Shown here piece after piece: positions 13,593-26,822 of a stretch of 64,000 nt of DNA. The position numbers were made by a program, and so were the translations under genes. Source of the DNA: Oopsacas minuta (lineage: Eukaryota; Animalia; Porifera). Under the pieces are notes generated by a model. It worked only from the letters and a program-made list of their open reading frames with translations, searched no databases and was not told the origin of the DNA. Numbering within the stretch: the first letter of the stretch is position 1; every line of letters begins with the position of its first letter. The stretch covers positions 797,995 through 861,994 of the forward strand of contig JAKMXF010000332.1 in NCBI GenBank assembly GCA_024704765.1, in the 5' to 3' direction.

Positions 13593-14508
13593 CAGTCAGG
13601 GGACAAAAGTATTCGAACACACAAATATGTTGTCAGAAATTGTATACTCTTTCCTGCTCCTATATATTGTGTAGCCTATATTGGTAGCTGCTATCTAGTA
13701 ATTTGCATAGAATAAAATATGTTTTTCAAGAATATCAAAAAATATTTTCGATTTACACGTTTTGAAGGTATTAATTATTAATAATCATTAGATAATTAAT
13801 GATAATTAAAATATGTGGTAATTCAAAGCTTATTAAGAATCTATAATTTCTGACTTGATATTTGAATTCTACGTAGGCGAGCTACCTCAAATTGAAATTT
13901 CCAATCGGATTGAACAATTTTTACCAGAGTTATAGATGAATTTCAATTTGTGCCATTTGTGCCACCTTTTACCCAAGGTGGCACAAGTGGCCGCTACCAA
14001 AAGATTATTTTGGAATTCAAGGGTTAGCATAGTCATATCATTCGAAAATATTACTTCGACTTATTCCTCCTAACCCTAGTTGATTACCTTGTTGTGGCGC
14101 TTTTTCCTGCCACCTGTGCCACTTTTTTCAAAAAGTGGCACAAGTGGGGCAAATTGAAATTCTTCTATAACTTTGGTAAAAATTGTTCAATCCGATTGGA
14201 AATCTCAATCTGGGGTAACTTGCCTACGTAGAATTCAAATATCAAGTCAGAAACCATAGATTCTTAATAAGCTTTGAATTACCACATATTTTAATTATCA
14301 ATAATTATCTAATGATTATTAATAATTAATACCTTCTAAAAGTGTAAATCGAAAGTATTTTTTTGAAATTCTTGAATAAGCAAATGTTGTTCTATGCAAA
14401 TTACTAGATAGCAGCTACGAATATAGACTACACGATATATAGGAGGGGGAAAGAGTATACAATTTCTGACAATATATTTATGTGTTCGAATACTTTTGTC
14501 CCTGACTG
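13593..14508. mobile_element. Foldback Tc1-like non-autonomous element (916 bp, ~380-bp inverted arms)
   Basis: Ends TA|cagtcaggggacaaaagtattcgaacac and gtgttcgaatacttttgtccctgactg|TA. Arms 13593-~13970 and ~14130-14508 are near-complete reverse complements. No coding capacity. Confidence 0.93.
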
Positions 14509-16416
14509 TATAAATCAGAGTCGACTAGAACAAAGAGTGATTCAATTGGGTTACGTAATTCAGAACGGCTTATCATGGAAAAAATATCCAATATGGAAAT
14601 TCATGTGAGTACTAAAACGTGGTAAAAGTAATGTAACACTAATATTATAAACAAATCTGGGTTATATAAAATGTGCAAGACACATATATATTCAATTTCG
14701 GACCAGAAAAATATGTCAAAAGTGTCATTTTGATGCTCAAATTTAGCTTTATTTAGCTTTAGTGGATATAACCTGAAACATATGGAATAATATAGTAGTT
14801 TACGGATATATAAGCATAGCATTTGAATATATCATTTATAAGTAAAAAATTGCATGTCATTTCTAGCCAATGATTCAATTTCATTGGATCCTGAAACATT
14901 ACACAAAGAGTGGCAAGTTCAACTATATTTATAAATGGGGGAAAGATCTAGAATACTTTTGAACATGATTTACATTCAGTAGTCAAACTTGATAAGTAGG
15001 CAATAATTTATAATTTCCCGAGGGCATGCCATATCCGAGTTTTTGTGTATTTTAAACAAAGTAAGGATATCAATATTCATGACCATATATAGCAATTATA
15101 AGATAAAATAGGCATAAAATTGATATAATAAATATATGAATGGTGAAACAAGTTCCCAAGAATTGTATTAATTATTAGCCAAAAATAGGTGAGTTGGAAA
15201 ATTCTAACGTTCTTACCAATGTGACGTAATGATTAATCATAATATCCAATTCCAACAAATATCCTTCACAACACATGTTGTTTACATTATCATATTTAGA
15301 ATCAGCATATTCGATTATCACAATGTGGGTATTGTTTACATTTATGACGCTAACAGAAAGAAACTTAAATACAATAGTGGATGTAGAGATTTTGAGATTG
15401 TGGAGAGGTTTAGGGAGGATAACTATGAATCTTTAACAGGTTCCCAATTTTGCAATACGAGCGTGTGCTTTGTTGCCCTCACTGTCCGGCATCGGAATAA
15501 AATCATGTCAGTGTGGAGCTCGGTGATTGTTGCCTTGAATATTATTTGCTAACACAAATATTAGATAAGAAAAGGTTGGGATTGAGAGATTTGGAATCAG
15601 CGAACAGAAATGCAAAGGACAAGGTAGAAAACAGTTTTGTGACTCTTTAGAAAAAGAATGCGATAAAAATGTAAAATAGTGAACTACAAGCATTAACAAA
15701 TGGTTTGCCTATATCCAGATCCGCCAAGAGGGGGGGGCAATTGCCCAATGGCTGGACCCAGAAATGGCTAGGGATTACATGGACTATCTTGGAAAGTGAT
15801 AGGATAAATGGACATATCTGTAAATAATAGAGTTGAAATAAAGATCGAATTGTTTCGAATTGTTTGCATGCATACTCGTTCTAATACATACTTAAGGTAC
15901 TGTATAGTAGGATAACTTACTAAATGAATATTACTGGTTCATTCTTGTCAATGTCATCCCCCCAGAATTTATAGAAAAGTCATATTTCCAAATTGCAACA
16001 TGTTTTAACATTTGATGCCATGATTATATAGCACCGTTGCCAATTCTTGTGAGAAATAGTTTGAATATTATAGGTAGAAAGTCAAGATCTTTGGAAATAC
16101 ATATTTATCATTCGAATCATGAGTTAATATCGATTACAGTGTGGAACATAAAAGAGAAGAGAACATGATGACAAGAGGAGACAATCAAAGAAAAGCAAGC
16201 GAACTCTTTTTGAATTTGGGATGGATTTAACACCACAATCTATACCTTAGCCACTTGAGTCTCAAGCTAACAATACATGCAGTGGTGATAACGTCGAAAA
16301 CAAGAGATTTCTAGATGAAGATAGTAGTGTTCTGAATGTACAAGCATCCTATTCTACTGTTGTTCAGTCAGGAAAATCTAGATTTGATATTGGAACAATT
16401 TTCGTGATACCTACCG

Positions 16417-16566
16417 CCGTATTCACTAAGCATACTTAGTACTTAAGTACTAAGTACGTACTTAAGTACTAAGCATGTACTTAGTTAAGTACGTACTTAA
16501 GTCGTATTCACTAAGAGTTAAGTACGTACTTAAGTATGTACTTAACTAAGTATATACTTAAGTACC
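16417..16566. repeat. Harbinger left subterminal array of TACTTAAGTA palindromes (mirrored at ~19125-19255)
   Basis: Repeated tacttaagta and gtacttag units at both ends of the element. Confidence 0.9.
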
Positions 16567-16904
16567 ACTTATATTCATGAATTTTCGAGTTTCTGATGGA
16601 TTGCTTTACAGAATTACTTTCAATCATTCAGGAATATATTTTCAAAACTTTTCATGTTTTATGCATGATCTCATGATAATATTGTGGTTTACGTTCATGA
16701 AATATTCCACAAATAATGTTGCAAGGAATGCTTCGAACGCTTATGATATAACATATGTGTTACTAAGGAATGCATTACTTTGTACGTAATGTTAAATACT
16801 CTCATTCTGAATTATACATTCTAAGTTACACTAATGAATGTTTTGCTAAATCAATTTATGATCAAATATAATATATAAATATTCAAGTATTTTAATATAA
16901 ACAA

Positions 16905-17951
16905 ATGGCACAGATGATTCCACTATTTCTCGCAGAAGAAGAAACCTCTTCCTCAATGGCACGTCAACGAGTTTTCAGGGATCTCAATGATCCCCTAGAT
17001 TGTTATGATGATGTTGAACTTGTTCGACGTTTCCGCTTCTCTAGAGTTTCAATATCTAAAATTACAGAGTTGCTAGCTAACTATTTGAATTTCACCGAGC
17101 GTTCTTATGCTGCTTCCCCTCATTTGCAAGTTTGTGTGGCACTTCAATTTTTCGCTTCTGGAACGTTCCAGATAATTTGTGGAGATGGGATAAACGTAAG
17201 CCAAGCTTCTGCTTCTCGTTATATCCGAGATGTTTCTCTGGGTTTGCAAGCTATATACCATCAGTTTGTTAGTTTGCCTGCTGGTCTCAAGAGGGTAGAA
17301 GTCAAAAACAAGTTTTATGAGATTGCTCACTTTCCAGGCGTAGTAGGATTAGTTGACGGGACACATATACGAATCCAAAGACCCTCAGAAAATGAAGCAG
17401 ATTATATAAATCGGCATTTTTACCACTCAATTAACGTCCAAGCTATTTGCCAACCAGATGGAATGTTTAGTGATGTATTGGCACGTTTTCCTGGGTCTGT
17501 TCACGATTCACGAATTTGGAAGATTTCAGGTGTTGGGATGCATGTTGAAAATACCTTTTCAATAGGGGAGCATATATTAGGAGATAGCGGTTACATGATG
17601 AGGCCATATTTACTCACTCCTTATCGCCAACCAATATCCACTCCCCAATTTAACTACAACTATGCACATAAGAGGACAAGGGTTATTGTTGAACAGACAT
17701 TTGGGCGATGGAAAAGAAGATTCCACTGTCTTCATGGAGAGCTCAGGATGAGTCCTGATAAAGTTTGTTCCATCATAGTTGCTTGTGCAGTATTGCATAA
17801 CATAGCAATACTGTGGAAACAACCTCTCTTAGAGGATGAAGTCTCCGATGATTCCTATCCGGATGATGTTCTTGACTTTGAGGAAACTGTTGGACATTTG
17901 GCATCAAAGCATTACAGAGATCAATTTTCTATTCATAATTTTAGCAACTAA
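16905..17951 (+). CDS. Harbinger DDE transposase (HARBI1-like, 348 aa, uninterrupted)
   Basis: LQFFASG, VDGTHIRI, FPGSVHDSRIW, LGDSGY and VEQTFGRWKRRF motifs with all three acidic catalytic residues. Confidence 0.95.
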   Translation: MAQMIPLFLAEEETSSSMARQRVFRDLNDPLDCYDDVELVRRFRFSRVSISKITELLANYLNFTERSYAASPHLQVCVALQFFASGTFQIICGDGINVSQASASRYIRDVSLGLQAIYHQFVSLPAGLKRVEVKNKFYEIAHFPGVVGLVDGTHIRIQRPSENEADYINRHFYHSINVQAICQPDGMFSDVLARFPGSVHDSRIWKISGVGMHVENTFSIGEHILGDSGYMMRPYLLTPYRQPISTPQFNYNYAHKRTRVIVEQTFGRWKRRFHCLHGELRMSPDKVCSIIVACAVLHNIAILWKQPLLEDEVSDDSYPDDVLDFEETVGHLASKHYRDQFSIHNFSN

Positions 17952-18217
17952 ATTCACATAACATATATGTTGTGGTGTGATATGTAAACATTTTGCACAG
18001 TAAGTGATTATAAGGTAATATGGATTTTTGTAGTTTTGAAACATCTAAGTAGGATGTTGGTCTTTGTAGTTCTGAAACATCTAAGTAGGGTGTTGGTCTT
18101 TGAAGTTGGGATATTTACTTGTGAGATGTATCAAGTATCGCACTTGAATTGGGAGCTAGTTGTTGCATTATGAAAACTATAAATTGGTGGAGGTTATTGA
18201 TATTCCAAAGCAAGAGT

Positions 18218-18943
18218 ATGGACAAAGTTCGCAAAGTAAATTGGACAAAGGAGGAGGAGTATACGCTCATTGAGGCAATCCAGGATGCTGGAGATATATT
18301 GAGGGGTACTGCTGGTCAGTGCGCGGAGATAAACAAAAAAAAGACGAGGCTTTGGAACAATGTTATGCGGAAAATCAATTCCATCCATGGCAACAACCGA
18401 GATGTGAAAGATATAAAGAAGAAGTGGAACAATCTAAAAGGTTCCGCAAAAGCCCGTGTGGATTCCAGTCGAAGGGAAGCGAGGAGGACAGGAGGAGGGC
18501 CAAATGAAGCTGGTGAAGTGGAGGATGAAGACATCCGGATCCTAAGCTCTGATAGGGAATTATCCACATCTGTGACGGAGAGAGTATCACAGATATTCTC
18601 AAGTACGCCAGCGTTCACTGGAATATGTGGTAGTGTTGATATGTTTCAGGCCCCAACAGCATTGCCTTCACACACCGAGATTAGCGAAAGCAGTGAAGTA
18701 ACGCCAGTGTTTGAGGGACCAGAAGTTACTGTAGTTAATAGTCGTCCAGAGGGAAGGCGTAAGCGTAAGAGGAGCATCGAACAGTCAACATCGGTCTCTG
18801 ATTTACTTCCTCTGCAACGAGAAGTGCTTCTTAAATAGATGGAAGTATTCTCGGCTCAACTAGAGCTGATTGAAGAGCAGAGGGAGTATTACCGTTATAA
18901 AAAGCAGAGACTTTTAGAAAAAGATCAACAGCAGCAGCTTTAG
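18218..18943 (+). pseudogene. Harbinger Myb/SANT-like (MSANTD-type) DNA-binding protein with one in-frame stop
   Basis: MDKVRKVNWTKEEE...LW...IKKKWNNLK trihelix motif. A TAG at 18836-18838 is followed in frame by a coiled-coil tail MEVFSAQLELIEEQREYY...QQQQL* ending at 18943. Confidence 0.88.
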
Positions 18944-21689
18944 ATATACGATTTAGTAATATTGTTACATCATAGAAAATCTAAATTTATAGTGAAAGTA
19001 TGAATTAATCAAAGAAAACGAGTGAATGAAGTGATTACATCAATGTTATCTATAAATATTATATGTTTGGAAACTTAAAATAGAGCTTGAATAACTTAAG
19101 CAACCTCGGTAGGTTACTTAACTTTTGTACTTAAGTACATACTTAAGTATGAGCTTAAATCTTAGTGAATACCAATCTTAGTGAATACGGTTTAAGTATG
19201 TACTTAGTACTTAAGTACTAAGTACATACTTAAGTATGCTTAGTGAATACGGCCCCTAGTCTCTAGAATATTTGATTCGATTTTCATGTGGCACCTTATA
19301 TGCTACTGGGCCCTGTGTGCTACAATTCCCCTGTCGAAATATTTGGTGAAAAACTCAGTTAATTGGTCATTTGTTCATTTCAGTAAACTAAACTAAATTG
19401 TTCAAGAAAGAAGTATTTGCTATAGACATATCGCTGCTCTCATCTGCATTTAGTGGGCATTTTAGTTCTTATTGATAATATTTCTGGTATAATATAGACT
19501 TGATCCAATATATTGTACTGAAGCTCATGAAACAATCAGTGCGATATATTATGATAAATAAAATAGGCAGATAATAACAATTTACATCTCAAATGAAATA
19601 TTGACACAATGTATATTAGTGTAAGAACAAAATTGAAAAAACAATGAAATCGAATCTCAAGACTCTCTTTTCTATGAAGCGAGGACCTTTTCTGTAAGAA
19701 TCATTTGAATTTCAGGCAATATAATTACTGGAATATTGTCAGAATTATAAATCTACTTTCATTTATTTAGAGTTGAAATTTCTGAGACTTTCGAACAATA
19801 AAAATTAAGATATCAAATATTTTAGTAGAAAACATATATTTTAGCTTTCACAACTTGCTAAACTCTGTTTTGGCAAACAAAATCGGGAGAACCTCTAGAT
19901 AAACTATCTTTCATCCAAGATTCATTTATTATCGTCTACTTAGTTTCTGCTAAAATCTTGTTAAACTTGTCCAGTTGTTCCCCTTAACTCGCTAAGTCTC
20001 TGGACTATAACCAACAAAGGGGGAAAAAGCACCCAAACAACTAACGGAATGTCTGACATTGAACAAAGTAAATATCTCTATAGAATTATCTTCAACTTGA
20101 TTGCTAAAAGTGGGAATTCCAAAATTGAGCTGCTCTTAGTAACAATATTCATACTTTTCGTACAATTATAATTGGTGTAGAAAATGGATCATACATAGGC
20201 GCAGAACCCATATAAAATGAAATTGAAATAAGTAGTATATAGTTGATTTCAATGTTTAAGCTGTAGGACTGGGAATCCGTGCAGACACGCGAGCATGTCC
20301 TAGAGGAGGACTCAACACCCTGATACCACAAGTCCGCAGGACATCTCACCCTAGGGAGATCAGTGCGAGAGGAAAGATGGCAGTATGAGACCGGACCTGT
20401 TCAGGGGAAGAAATTAGTCCATCAGTTTTGGAAACTAAAGTTAGACCAGTTTCCAAAGCTAGTTCAAAGGAGACAATATTTATGGGTTTTCATGACCGAA
20501 ATTTGTCTAGCCAGACTACTTTTTGAATGGAACAATTACGGGAAGACACTCACAATGCAATGGGAAAGTATATAAATATTTTCCAAATTATTCCAAAACT
20601 TTTTTGGCATATTTTAGTCAGTGAAAAGGCTCAAGGTGAAATTACATAATTGTACAATCATCCCAGTTTTAGTCCAGAATAACTGGCCGGCATGGCCATT
20701 TCTGGTCCAGGGTGGGACATAAATGGCGAAATCAATTAGAGTGGAAGCCCCCCTGACGACTACCCCATATAACAAACACTTCGTATAGTCCCGTATAAAA
20801 CATATTTACATATAGTATGGTTCCATATCTTAAAAATTGGAGATGCTGGGTATTTGTGATGAATTTTGAAACAATTGTTTTTTGGAAAATCAAACCTGAA
20901 GAGTTCGAAAATCACATTTCCCAAGCTGAAATATGGCGTATTAACAATCAAAAATTAATAGCTGTAACCTGAAAATTAATTGATAAATTTTACCAGACTA
21001 AAGTCTGTACGAGAGTTGAAACATAGATATAAATATTGAAATCAACAAAATAGTAGACTAACGAACTAATAGTATTTTACAGTGGAGAGTTACGAACTCT
21101 TTGAATGCCCTATGTAGCTGAGAACAAAACACATCTACTGAAAAGAGTAGGACTAAAGTCTACTGTTGAAGAAAGAGAAAATACGAATTTATGCGAATAG
21201 TATGAATGTAGAGAAAACCTGATAGACAAGAAAACTTCGTGGAAATGGATAGAAAGAATCGGATTCGATTATACTCTGTATATTTAGTACATACACACTT
21301 GTATCATACGACATACAACAATCAAAAAGTGGTAAGACAAGGCAATAAAATCTATTAAAATTATTGAATACAGTATATATGTATATCACCGTCCAAATTG
21401 AGTAAGGTTATTCTTATATAATTTGCTAGTTATTATATTATGGGTTAACTAAAACGCAAATATAATTGTGTAATTACTAATCAACATATGTACCAAAGTT
21501 ACTTAGATGCTACTGGGGTATTAGGCCTATAGTAACACTTGATATCACGCGACAGTCACTGAGCTATTTCTAACTATTTAATATAAATATGTTATTATTG
21601 TTGGCGTTTGTGTCATCTGTACAAAATCAACATACCTTTCCTTTCGTCAAATACTAAAGAGATTATGAAGCAGAGCTTTAGTAGCTCAA

Positions 21690-21990
21690 TCAATTTACAT
21701 TTGGTGGTGAGAGAGGAGAGAGATGGGATTATAGAGAGCTACAGAGAGGATGGTCGCAATACCACGATCCCAATTGTGGGAGGACCAAGTTGCGCTATTC
21801 AGTGGAGGAGCTTAAGGGTGTAAATGTCCTGTACATGAAAGGAGGGTGATATCCGGGAGACTACACGGAGCAAGTCACGCGTATGGCTAAGGAAACCCTG
21901 TGGGATAAGTTAGTGGCAGCACATCACGAGCTCAGTCATGGGGGACGTGTAGGCTCTACAAGTATTTAATGAGCCATAACTATCACGTGC
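21690..21990 (+). pseudogene. KRBA2/Ginger-like integrase N-terminal fragment
   Basis: 21901 onward translates WDKLVAAHHELSHGGR, the HxxxxHGGR zinc-binding motif of KRBA2/SCAND3-type integrases; the rest is degraded. Confidence 0.5.
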
Positions 21991-22249
21991 TTTATGACAG
22001 GCAGGCACTGGTTCCACCAGTCTCATTGGTACCGTTACGGATGTGTACTTAGAAGGAAGGGCTGCACATGGGACAATCAGCCAGCATTCACCTACACTGA
22101 TTCAACACCCTACTGCACTGACAAGCTTCTCCAGCCTGACGATGTCCCTGAGAGAGAGCCGTACTTGGGTTTGATGATACTAATAAATGTCTGGCCATAT
22201 AAGTGGCTTTCAAAGACGGCTGAGATTACTTGCATGAAGTGCAATATAA

Positions 22250-23417
22250 ATCCATTACAGGTTCCATAAGTTTCAACTTATTGTTGTCAATGCTTGTGCA
22301 GGACATGTACAAATAATGAGAGTTTAGGTACAATGTCAACAATCTGGAAAGCTTTTCACTATTGTCCCAAGTAAGCAGAAAACTTTCACTGGCCCAAGCG
22401 AACTCCAGTCTACTGAAATTAAAATAGTAAACCTAATGATACTCGATGGCTTGCACGTAAAATAGCCCTGTGTGCTGTGCGACGGAGTATCCCAGCATTG
22501 GTACCCACCTTTGAAGAGATTTATGATGAAAATGGGATGCAGAAACAGATGGAATTGCAACTCTCTTGACAAAATACAAACTGTAGCTCGTCTAAACGCT
22601 ATCAGATGTACTCTATACAGTAGCCAAGTTACAAGGATCTTACAGGGGAAAGCGATTGACCTTGGGAGTGTGCCTTTCATTAATGTTCAATAGTACAACT
22701 GAAAGACTAACAGATATTAAAGAAATAGCAAACGGCACCACCTGGATCAAGAACCATTCATTAGTTTTTACAGATGATACTCAGGTTGGTGGAAAACGCA
22801 TTGTGATCATGGAAGAGAAAAAATTCAATTTCTTCATACAGTGTATCGGCCATATATTCAAAGCGTGACTGACGATATCCAAAAAAGAAGGAAGTGCATT
22901 GACTTAGTCCCTTCTATGTCCGTTTTGATCCCTCGCCATCTCCTAAAACGAACTTCAACCATCGCCTAACTATGGTAGGGAAAAGATGAAGATCCTAATA
23001 AATTACTATAGTGTTACATAACATATCAACTTTGGTGATGATGATGGGTTAGGAAACTGAACCAAAATGGAAATTGTTTCGGCGGATAATTTGGAGACAA
23101 TTCCAGAATAGATCTTTGCAGGATGTACTATCGAAATTGATCAATAGCGGAGACTTTTCGATTGCATTTCCAAACTCATCAAATTTAGCTACAATAGTAG
23201 AGGCCTATAGGTTTTATTAGTAACAACAGCCACTGTTGAACGTACATTTAGGTGTATGAAAATAACAATAACAAGACTCCGCAACAGGATGGGCGAGGAC
23301 ACACTTGAACACACGATGCGGATAAGCATTGAAGGCCTTGATCTCCTAACGAATGATATATTGGAGGAATTTATTGATCATTATGAGGGGCAAAAGAACC
23401 GTAGAATAGTATTGTGA
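22250..23417 (+). pseudogene. Decayed ZNF862-like hAT transposase
   Basis: C-terminal LLVTTATVERTFRCMKITITRLRNRMGEDTLEHTMRISIEG...GQKNRRIVL* is a hAT dimerisation domain; the upstream part is fragmented. Confidence 0.75.
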
Positions 23418-24657
23418 GGTTCAAGCTTAAATTTTATGTATTGTTAATTAACACAGATTTTCCTAAAATTTTCATACTGTAATTAAGGCTGTTCTTATTA
23501 CATAGTATCTTAATTGCACAAATTATCTGCATGGGCTAAATACAACGAAAGAATAGTGGTGATATATAGCGTTGCCCATAATGACAACTTCCCCCAAAAG
23601 TAAGTCTTGGATTGAAGACTGTATAGGCAGGCGTTACATCGTGCGTTTCATACCAATGTAAGACAGCTACCAGAGCAAGACTTGCCAGTGCAAACGGAAG
23701 CAGGTTAAATGCAACTCGAGGTGTCCAAGACATTCAACCGTATGCGAGAACAGATAGTAATGCAAAAACAGGGTTTTTTCAAACCACCTCGATTAACTAG
23801 TCAACTATCTTTATAATCAACTGGTCAACTAATTCACTGAAAACTAATAGTATTTCTAGAAATGATTTTTATAGTATACTGTATATATATTTAGATATTA
23901 AGCGTATTAGACCATACTTATACTTTTTCAGGGCAATTGAAGGATAATATCCGCAGTATGAATCTAGATACATCATTCATTAATTTTAGCAGACCATAAA
24001 ACATATCTTTGAAAGTATATAAATTTGTTATTTAGTAAACCATAACATTAAATTTCCCATTTTGCATAAGAATAACCATAGCATTCTATACACTAAGGCA
24101 ATGGTACCCTATTAAAATCCTGGACCATAGATGGCAATTACCCTGGGATTTTTCGAAACGATATCTCGATGAGTTTACAATAATTCATGATTATATGAGT
24201 AAATATGATTATTGAATATATTCTTGGCATACTTACAATATATTTTGGAAGAATTTTACAAAGAATGTAAACTTCATTTTCTGAGATATTTGCATAAATA
24301 ATATATGACTGAAAACTATCAAAATTCATTGCCTACAAATGCTATGAAATGGGTTATTTCAACCGGATGTTCTAGAAATATATCCTCTAGCGTATTTACA
24401 TCAATATAAGCATCTGAATATACCACAATTAGTTATACCTTGTCATGTACACATTGCAGGATCAAAATTTAGTAACCACATTTTGATCACCCATAATTCG
24501 TAAAAAAAATTCTTCACAATATTTCAAAAATATTTCAAAATATTGTCACACTCCAAATTCACATCTTTACTCAATTCAATGTCTATTATCACATCATATC
24601 TGCTCTGTTCTACCTCTATTTTCACAGTTACCCGATTCTACATCTACAATCTTCAAC

Positions 24658-26049
24658 ATGGTCTGTCTTGTAGTTGGATATAAGTCAAACTACCACGATA
24701 AAGATGAATATATACCTGTCTTCTCCTTCCCTACTGACAATGAGACTCGAAGAAGTGGTTCCGAGCTATGCCTCGACCGAGAAAGGACTATGAGATGAAC
24801 AAACGATTGAACGCACGTTGTGAACTTGTAACAATACTATTAATTAACACCGCACTCAATAGTTATTGGATTATATTTTTCAAGGTCTGTATACATCATT
24901 TCCATAAAGAAGACATCGAAAGGACCATACAATTCTTTGATGGAATGAAGATGATGAAGACGGAAAGGAAGAAAGTTGCTCTTAGGAAGTTCGCAGTCCC
25001 TAACATCTTCCCCAACTGTCCTAGCTATCTGACTGACCCTACTGCTACCTGTCAAAGACTATCTCTGGATGACAAGGAGGAAAGGAGGATACAAAAACAT
25101 ACCAAAGAAGTCTTGCAGATTTCAAAGAAACTGAAGTTAAGTTTACTATTTCTACTCTTAATTGTATTAATTCAAAGTTGCATCTAGTTGAACTTCATTT
25201 CGACTGGGTTATTTTATGTCCCATTTCTGCCATCATGCATATTTTCTTCAGCCACCCCTTTGGTACAACACGTGAATTGTGCCATTAATAATATCACAAA
25301 TGCTATTGATACATTAAATACCGCTCATTCAATGTCTGAATTAGAACCTGAGATCGATTCTTTGATAATGGGTCTAAATTTTTTGCTCGATCAGTTGAAA
25401 TAATTAATCGGTGAGAACATGCTCGCAGGTATAGCATTCTAACTCAAGTCTTTTGTTTAAAAATCTACGGATTGTCACCAGGTTGTTATCGTCTTTTTTA
25501 GGGTTCTAACTGGATTATTTTCCACACGAGCGTAATTTGTTGAAAATCAAGAATAGTATTGGAATGGAGAGCGAGTATACTAAAATTCTATATGAGGTTG
25601 CTTCGACATTTAATGATATAGAGCATCATGTCATACTTCAAATAGGTGAAGTCCACATTCGTAGTGATGCCTCCTATAAGGGGGAAGGGTAATCTGATGG
25701 ATTGAGAATCCTGATGATCCACATATTATTGTATTTTCTATGTGGTTTCTAGTTTATCAACCAGGTTCTCCTCTATTGTCCGGTTAATACCTATAGACTC
25801 TTCTTCTGCAGAAACTTTATATCCTACTATTAAATCGACTATCTGTGATTTTGAAGATTGTTGTCTGTTTGTCGAAGCTGTGTGTACAGACAACAATCCA
25901 CTCAATGTTCGATTATTCAAATGTTTTCCGCTGATTCGACACTGCGACCAAAAGTACATTACCCATGCAATCCAGAAAGAAATTTGATTCTGTTTTTAGA
26001 TAAGGTTCATATCACTAAATCCATCAGAAATAATTGGTTAAATCTTTAA
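24658..26049 (+). pseudogene. P-element/THAP9-like transposase, 5' half (THAP domain plus catalytic N-terminal part)
   Basis: MVCLVVG...VFSFPTD...KWFRAMP...VCIHHF...AVPNIFP THAP domain; GEVHIRSDASYKG; VEAVCTDNNPLNV; LFLDKVHITKSIRNNWLN. Confidence 0.88.
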
Positions 26050-26119
26050 AATTTAGATAATATACATTCATTTTTCCGAAATTCGGTGATTGCCATCTAA
26101 GTGCAAATCCAAATTGAAA

Positions 26120-26643
26120 TGTAAGTGCTTATTAGCAAGTCGGGTTTTGCACGAGAAAACTTGCTAATATGTAAATTTGCTAATAGAACAACTTACTTTA
26201 TTTGATAAATACTATTGGTATGTACACGTACATACGTGGTATGTCATAATAGAATACGTATAAGGATATTGTAGTACACTTACGAGAAAGATTTCTACTT
26301 AATTCAAAAGCAACTACAATTTCCTCTAAATCGAAGAATGTATATTAGCTTTCCTACTAAACTACAGAATAATTTCATTGTAGAACTTCTTGCTAATAAA
26401 CGAACTTAAGGTTCACTGATTAAATTATTAGCAAGTCTTGTTTTATGGGAAAACTTGCTTATAGGCGATCTTGTTTATAAGGGAACAAACTAATGCAATT
26501 TGGGCCATTGTGACCCCCAAAACTTACTAATAAGGGAACTTGTTTATACATAAATCCCTATACATTTACTTAGTGTACTGAAAAAACTCTCCTAATAAGC
26601 GAATCTTACTAATAAAGCAGTTGATAAAGGACGAACACTACTG
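26120..26643. repeat. pogo/Tigger-like MITE remnant with repeated (C)TTA(C/T)TAATAAG / TTATTAGCAAG motifs
   Basis: About ten subterminal motif copies in both orientations; right end gaacactactg|TA; left terminus missing. Confidence 0.5.
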
Positions 26644-26822
26644 TATATAAAAAATATAAATAAACAACTCAAAGTGATTAAATATTCTCAAATAACATAT
26701 AATCACATTCTTGAAAAACAAATATAATTAAATTCATTGTGTCATATTCCTATGTTCTCTTTGTCACACATCCTTCTGACGCTTTCTAAAACGTTATCTA
26801 TCTTGCTAGCTACCTCACGATA

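Larger units (their letters stand above)
16414..19255 (+). mobile_element. Two-gene PIF/Harbinger transposon (~2.84 kb)
   Basis: TIR (gg/cc)gccgtattcactaagcatactta; CTA flanks at 16411-16413 and 19256-19258; contains a HARBI1-type nuclease ORF followed by a Myb/SANT ORF. Confidence 0.93.

Noticed and set aside
16417-16566. CRISPR-like repeat array (also 1011-1121)
   Set aside because: No unique spacers of regular length, no cas genes, eukaryotic context; these are transposon subterminal repeats.
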